A DNA stretch of 63,425 bases, filler included, from Licmophora abbreviata (Eukaryota), in the NCBI GenBank assembly GCA_900291995.1. It is 4 parts of 4 records of this genome, joined end to end, with 100 filler letters (N's around TTAATTAATTAA, not from the genome) between each part and the next. Parts side by side here need not be neighbours in the genome. Positions count along the whole stretch, not along the records: positions 37,707 to 61,369 come from OLMU01001164.1; positions 61,470 to 63,425 come from OLMU01001170.1; 2 more parts are not named here. One strand, given 5' to 3'. Each line of letters opens with the position of its first letter. The stretch's first letter is position 1. Below are positions 57,687 through 63,425 of the stretch, piece by piece. Made by a program: the position numbers and the translations under genes. The notes below the pieces were generated by a model that searched no databases, was not told where the DNA came from, and saw nothing but the letters and a program-made list of their open reading frames with translations.

Positions 57687-58730
57687 ATGTCGTCCGCTTC
57701 TTCAGACCCGTCTAATTTCGTCACAGACCCTCCATCGACCGTCGTCAAGGTCGTCAATACGTCTCGAGACGACGCCAATGGCAAATTTGGAATCGTCGTA
57801 GGCTACCAGGCCGACCGAGGACGCTATTTAGTACACCGCGTGGACGAAACGCAAAGCACCATGGCCTTGAAACCTGAAAACTTGACAAAAGCGAGTACCG
57901 TGGAGCAGTACCAAGCTCAGTATTCTCAGTTTCGCAATGATCCTCGAATTCAGAGGGAACTTCGTACGTACTACGACAAGGCCAAGGCAATGTTGCATCC
58001 CGTGAAACCCGAGCATGCGGCTCTCGCTGCACTCGTCTTGCTAGTGCTCTGCATGTACTTTGTTGGATTCACCAAGACACTCATGGTCCTGAGTATCGTT
58101 CTGATGATTGGAGTCTTGGTGGGGCCGGATGTTGTGGGCGGGGGCGGGAGCAAAACTGTACTTCGCAACTTCCCCATGCGATGTCGAGAAGCCATAGAAC
58201 AGAGTTTGCCGTTTGTGAAAGGCAAGCTGACCAATCAAATGGCATTGGGGATTGTAGTTCTCATGTTGATCTTTGCAGGACGAAGTTTGTTGGTGTCGAG
58301 TAAGACTACCACTGGTAGTACCAGCCAAGCTCCTGCAGCCGAAAAGCAAGCCATCTCGCAGTCGTCACGAGACTACTACTACAAGCTAGGTTTCGACGAT
58401 GCGAAGCAGGATTTTGACTTTGGGAGGTCGCTGAAAGTAGATACTGGAGACGCAGTTGTCGTCGATCGAACTGTGCCACATGTGGATGGCGATTTTAGTG
58501 ACTGGGACACCGCCATGCCGCCTCCAGCACAACCCAAGAGTAAATCGTCGTTGGGAATTGGTACGGCCATGTCGGGATGGTTCTTGTTTCGTACCTTCAA
58601 AGAGTTGGGGACCGATGTAGCAGGAGGATGGAACTATCAGCGTGCTCTTGCGAATTTGCGTACTCTGGAAGCGTGGAAAATGGGCATGATGGCATTCAGT
58701 GTATACAATGTGGTGCGGGCTTTTGTGTAG
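57687..58730 (+). CDS. Hypothetical membrane protein with N-terminal SH3/KOW-like barrel
   Basis: VKVVNTSRDDANGKFGIVVGYQADRGRYLV...ALKPENL followed by about 3 TM segments. Confidence 0.7.
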   Translation: MSSASSDPSNFVTDPPSTVVKVVNTSRDDANGKFGIVVGYQADRGRYLVHRVDETQSTMALKPENLTKASTVEQYQAQYSQFRNDPRIQRELRTYYDKAKAMLHPVKPEHAALAALVLLVLCMYFVGFTKTLMVLSIVLMIGVLVGPDVVGGGGSKTVLRNFPMRCREAIEQSLPFVKGKLTNQMALGIVVLMLIFAGRSLLVSSKTTTGSTSQAPAAEKQAISQSSRDYYYKLGFDDAKQDFDFGRSLKVDTGDAVVVDRTVPHVDGDFSDWDTAMPPPAQPKSKSSLGIGTAMSGWFLFRTFKELGTDVAGGWNYQRALANLRTLEAWKMGMMAFSVYNVVRAFV

Positions 58731-58929
58731 TTAGACGTCGATGGCCTCCAATTCTGGCTAGATTGTACTCGGTGTCAAATGAAGGCAGTTTATCCAGTCA
58801 TCCTGTAGACTAGTGAGAATAGGGTGTTTTACCATTCGCTCTCACAAACAGCTCGACGGCGGAGGCCTCGTACTTGGTACGATCCCCTCGTACCGGCACC
58901 GATCATGCGTAACATACATGCAGCACGTG

Positions 58930-59952
58930 TCACGCCGACTGCCCACTGCCGATTCCACGCCGACTGCCTACCTTCCCATCTCTTCGCCACCCCACCTCGA
59001 GACAATGGTAGCTGCGAACACTCTCTGAATCGCTCACAGGAATATCCCTCAATCGACACCCACGAAAATTGTCTCGCCTTGAAAACACATGAAAGTGTTG
59101 ATCGCGTCGAAGCCACGCCAAGAGATCCAACTGCCATGACACTTGTTGCATACTGAAAAAGTGCAATTCGGCAAGCACTTGATCGACGAGATCCAGCACA
59201 TGGCCCTGTTCTCTCCAATTGCGCAAGGCGCTCCACTCGCTGTTCTCAACATCCATTTTTAAAACATGCACATGGTCGTGGTGTAGCATTCGCATGATGC
59301 TGGGCAAATCCATCATATGCCATCCTTTACTTTGGGAAGTCGTAGTTTGATTCGCATTTCCCAATCCAATATTGTAAAAGTGTATTCCCTTGCCCATCCA
59401 TGGATCGCCCGTCTGTCGACCAATCGACGGATCAAAGGCATATACGGTACAGTGCGGATAGTATTTGACAAAATCTTGATCAAACGATGGGTCGTGGGCA
59501 ATCCCAAACGAGTACACAATGCAAGAGGAGGACTCGCGCGATGATGATAATGGTATATCCGACACGCAGACATCCCAGCCTCCGTCTTGGTAGTGACCAA
59601 GTCGACGCATGTGTGGACATGATATTGAATTTTCCAAATGAAACTTGCTGGCTTGTGAATTCGTCAGTATGTGAGTCCATCGTTCAACTGTGGAGTGCAA
59701 ACAGTGGTTCCACGACACATGGGACTGCTGTTCGAAACACTCTTGCTCGAAAATGAGTTTCAAGGCGAATGTTTCATTCAACATGATCCAAGAAATCGTT
59801 GCAAGGATGATAACAACGAGGAGTGTAGGTCGTCGTCGTCGTTGGAGGAATCTCGTTAGTGATGATTGTCGCGCGCGATGGTAGAGCCACAGGCGGAAGT
59901 GATAATACAATCCAGAGTCATCATTTCCATTGGAACTTCTACTGCTCCTCAT
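58930..59952 (-). CDS. METTL24-like (Methyltransf_22) SAM-dependent methyltransferase, type II membrane
   Basis: TM anchor; CPHMRRLG..QDGGWDVC, CIVYSFGI..DPSFD, VYAFDPS, VLKMDVENSEW, DQVLAELH. Confidence 0.9.
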   Translation of the reverse strand: MRSSRSSNGNDDSGLYYHFRLWLYHRARQSSLTRFLQRRRRPTLLVVIILATISWIMLNETFALKLIFEQECFEQQSHVSWNHCLHSTVERWTHILTNSQASKFHLENSISCPHMRRLGHYQDGGWDVCVSDIPLSSSRESSSCIVYSFGIAHDPSFDQDFVKYYPHCTVYAFDPSIGRQTGDPWMGKGIHFYNIGLGNANQTTTSQSKGWHMMDLPSIMRMLHHDHVHVLKMDVENSEWSALRNWREQGHVLDLVDQVLAELHFFSMQQVSWQLDLLAWLRRDQHFHVFSRRDNFRGCRLRDIPVSDSESVRSYHCLEVGWRRDGKVGSRRGIGSGQSA

Positions 59953-60409
59953 GGTCTTCGACTACGAGCAGAGTACCGGCATGCATGTGTTGGGGAAGCC
60001 ACCACAAGAGGAGGAACAGAGGTGCGCCATCATGTGGGCATGGGTTTCTTTACACCGTTTGACAATTTACAATTTCATCTTTGAATTTTGGTGAAATCGG
60101 GAAATTCCGAACTCCTTTGTGTCAGTCATGGCGGGCAAAGACACTTTATTCAACTTTCGAGAATGTGATGTATATATCACGATTTCACTATATGATTTTG
60201 TGGGCCATTATAGACACTATCTTGCGGTATTGAGACGGTCGTACGTAGAATCATACACAATAGTCTAGTACGACATGCGCGTCTTTGGTGATGCAACCGA
60301 AATGTTTATCACTGCCCCACAAAATTTCCCGCACACAACTCATTGCAACACACAAAACTTCCGACGTGTGAGTGCGAAGCATCAACAGTGTAGAATATCC
60401 AGATCGACC

Positions 60410-61369
60410 ATGAAGTCTACTCTTCTTGCTCTCGCCCTTTTGATCGCAGGTAAGAAGCAGTCGATGTCTCATCCAACGAATGTGTGATTGCTCGAAGGAA
60501 AGGAAATGATCGCAAACGGACTTTCGAACTTTCGCTTCATTGCCAAAAAGCTAACGAACGTCCTTGTATATCTTGCTCTCTTTCTCTCGACGTCGTCAGG
60601 CTTCTCTCAGGCCAATGGTTCGTTTGACTGCGAGATTTTGATTACTGCGACCTCCCCAGGTGTCGTGGGCGGAATCTTTGACGATGATATCAAGGTTCCC
60701 GACGGCAAGACCTGTGCCATTGAGTAAGATCACACGGAATGGACTGCATACCTCTACTTTTTCGCCTGGTCGTCTCAGCTCACCCCCGCGTTGTGCTCTA
60801 TGTCACTGGTCTACAGGGGAGGCGTCACGATCGATGGAAACATTGATGTCGAAGAAGGAGCAACACTCACCATTACTAGTACTCCAGGCGCCTGCCCGAC
60901 CATCCTGGGCAACATCGACGCAGACAAGTCGAAGACCCTTTCCATTGTCCGCCAGGACGAAGCCGACTGTCCCAATGGCATTGTCGTCGATGGGGGAATC
61001 GAAGCCAAGAAGTTGGAGTTTGGATCCATTGATATTGTTGGTGTCAATGTCGATGGCGACATCAAGATCGAGGAGTGCAATCTCAACGGTGATCTCACCG
61101 TCTTCGGCAACACGATCCCCTCCGATAAGCAGATTGTGATTAAAGAGAATGCTGCCACGTCCATCACTGTTGGCAAGAATAGTGTCGCCAAGCGAATCAG
61201 TTTCGAAGAAAACGACTTCAACGACAGCCTGGTTTGCACTCTCATGAGTCCCACCCCTGCACCCGTCCTCGCCGATTTTGCTGGTCTGGTGGAGGTGCAA
61301 GTTCCAAGTGGTCCATTCGTTGTCTTTGAAACTTTACCCACTACGCTTGTGGGGGCTTCTGCTGGATTC
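60410..61369 (+). CDS. Secreted beta-solenoid-like protein, truncated by gap; exons 60410-60449, 60600-60723, 60817-61369
   Basis: MKSTLLALALLIAG|FSQA signal; GT-AG introns 60450-60599 and 60724-60816; repeated (V/I)xG(N/D)(I/L) turns (IDGNI, ILGNI, VDGGI, VDGDI, LNGDL). Confidence 0.75.
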
Positions 61370-61469
61370 NNNNNNNNNNNNNNNNNNNNNNNNNNNNNNN
61401 NNNNNNNNNNNNNTTAATTAATTAANNNNNNNNNNNNNNNNNNNNNNNNNNNNNNNNNNNNNNNNNNNN
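61370..61469. other. Assembly gap / artificial contig linker
   Basis: 100 nt of N with TTAATTAATTAA at 61414-61425. Confidence 0.97.
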
Positions 61470-61613
61470 GTTCGAAAACACTGCGAACTAGGAAAAAGGA
61501 ACCACCGCATCTGAGCCGGCCACCATGACGAGGCTGTCCTCGTGGACGCCGCCGTCAGAGCATAACTAATCCATGCGCAGTTTCGTCGACCGGAGGATGC
61601 GCCATAAAACCCA

Positions 61614-63425
61614 TCAGTCCACTGTATGAGGTGTGCCTATCAACTCTGAAAACTCGGGCAGATGAGCATCCTTAGGGCTAGCAAGAAATGTTCTCCCGGA
61701 GTCAGCGGCATCCTTTAAGCGTGACAGATAATTGTTTGCAGACTTAACGGTGGTGGCTAGGGCCTGTGTGTCTTCATGAGAGAATCCTACTGGGCTCGAT
61801 TTAGCCTCTGGAGACATATGTAAACATGACGAAACTAGCGGAGGTAGAGTGTCTCCGTCATGCAAGTCCTCCAGCAGAGCTGAAAACTCCGGCAGTGGAG
61901 CGATCTTCGGATCCGCAAGAAACTCCTTAGCAGAAGCAGCGACAACCTTCACCCTCGACAGATAATCCTTCGCGGATTTGACTGTATGGACTAGGGTTTG
62001 CACGTCCTTATCAGAGAAGCCGCTCGCGACCGGTACGATAGATGCTAGGTCCGGCGCAGTAAAAGGAAGAGAAGGTCCATCTGCAGAATGAAGAGAAGTC
62101 CTACCCGACATAAAACCGCCAGGAAGACTTGCGTCCCGAGAATTGAAGGCACCCTGCAATTGTGATAGGTAATTCTTCGCTGACTCCACAGTGCCAGAGA
62201 GCGCCTGTGTCTCAGAAGCCGACCAATCTAATGACACAAATCCAGGGGCTAAGGAGCTTCCTGTACTTGAAGAGTCGGGAGAAGGACCCCCGCTGCTCAA
62301 GTTGTCAAGGTATCCCCGGCTTGTCCCGGCCGCCTTTGGTTTTTCTTTTGGGGGCATCTTTCTCACTGGAGCACCATCACCCAATGTCGATAAGTAAGCA
62401 TCTCCTACGGCAGTAGTAGTAGTCGACTCTCGTCTCACGCCAGTACTTGTCGATGAGGTAGTTTCCCTTAACAAGCTAGCTCCAGGCACAGGGACTACCT
62501 TCGCCACTTCTTCGAGGTAGTCCAGATACTCTCGAGCAGTACCTGCGGACTCCACTAGATTTGCCAGATACTCGTGCGCTGCCTTGATATCCTTCTGGCT
62601 CATCTTGACCATGTCGCCATAGTTGCCATTCACGGATATAGTTGAATGCGACCCCGTCGCGGTCACTACCGGAGTGGCACCATTCCGCAAAACATTAGTA
62701 GATTCACCAGACATATCTGGATCGAGGCTCACGACGACTTCACGATCGTCCGACCCGTACGGTGACGGCGCACTGCTCGCCATGTTGTCCAAGTAGCCGC
62801 GGCCCTTCGCGGCCGTCTTTGGTTTTACCCGCGGTGGCATCTTCTTCACAGGAATACCACCGCCTAGTGTCGACAGATAGTCCCCAGCCGCGACAGATGA
62901 AACACATGGTATTTTGCTCACCTCAGAGCTTGTTGCGGTGGCAGTTTTGCTCAGCGAGAGTGCGCCTGGGGCGGCAGCTGCTTTCGCAACTTCTTCGAGG
63001 TAATCCAAATACTCTCGAGCAGTCTCTGCGGACTCCACTAGATTCACCAGGTACGCGTACGCCGACTTGATATCTTCCTGTCTCGCCTCGGCCGAGTCGC
63101 CATCGGCGCCATCAACAGACGCAGCAGATTGCATACCTGGGGAGCCCACAGCGCCTATACTGGATATAGAAGCAGCAGCCGTATCCGGTGTGGGAGCCAA
63201 ATCGGCTTTACAATTACTCCATAAGCCCGGCGATGTCACACTGGCTCCCCATGTTGTCCAAGTAGCCTCGGCCCTTCGCGGCCGTCTTCGGCTTGCCCCG
63301 CGGGGGCATCTTCTTTACGGGATCACCGCCGCCTAGTGTAGACAGATAGTTACCCACAGCGACCGGAGTAGCATTCGACACTCTGCTCAATTCAGCGCTT
63401 GTTACTACCGTCGCTTCTTCCAGTG
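61614..63425 (-). CDS. Low-complexity tandem-repeat protein with recurring YLxxL helical motifs; 5' end lies outside the window; +1 frameshift near 63243
   Basis: About 160-aa units (SAxxYLxNLVESAxTAREYLDYLEEVAK...YLSTLGxGxPVxKMPPxxKPKxAxxxRGYLDN) and about 79-aa units (GFSxxDxQxLxxTVKSAxxYLSRxKxxAxSxxxFLAxPKxAxLPEFS). Confidence 0.7.
61640..62030. repeat. Two-copy coding repeat, period about 237 bp
   Basis: CTGAAAACTCxGGCAG..GAGC...GCAAGAAA...GACAGATAA at about 61645 and 61880. Confidence 0.75.
62280..63425. repeat. Degenerate tandem coding repeat, period about 480 bp
   Basis: CTTCTTCGAGGTAxTCCAxATACTCTCGAGCAGT at about 62506 and 62990; GGCATCTT..T...CC.A.TGT.GA.A..TA blocks at about 62353, 62836 and 63305. 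Confidence 0.85.

Noticed and set aside
1..63425. CRISPR arrays, tRNA/rRNA genes, transposases or reverse transcriptases
   Set aside because: No repeat-spacer arrays, RNA-gene signatures or mobile-element protein motifs were recognised by eye; tRNAscan-SE, Infernal and RepeatModeler would be needed to exclude them.

Overview
Gene-dense eukaryotic nuclear DNA with short GT-AG introns (about 80-150 nt), almost certainly from a diatom: it carries a silicon transporter (SIT) and bipartite signal+F plastid-targeting peptides. The scaffold is joined by three artificial 100-nt N/TTAATTAATTAA linkers. About 27 protein-coding loci are supported, including GT77, two tandem GT92, RgpF-like and METTL24-like glycan enzymes, farnesyltransferase beta, a gamma-CA-like protein, a 5-module LRR surface protein, MtnB/MtnC, SCP2, a secretory SET methyltransferase, Rab11, a class 3 lipase, SIT, cytoplasmic dynein heavy chain, a 9-exon Patched-like protein and SF3B4. 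One FkbM-family gene is a decayed pseudogene and two further genes are frameshifted. The most notable observations are a multivalent YLxxL repeat protein at the window end, a dynein lacking the C-terminal cap, a signal-peptide SET protein near SIT, and a duplicated CCAAT element plus a 5'UTR intron upstream of SIT. No RNA genes, CRISPR arrays or transposons were recognised. All family calls are from motif recognition by eye; no searches were run.
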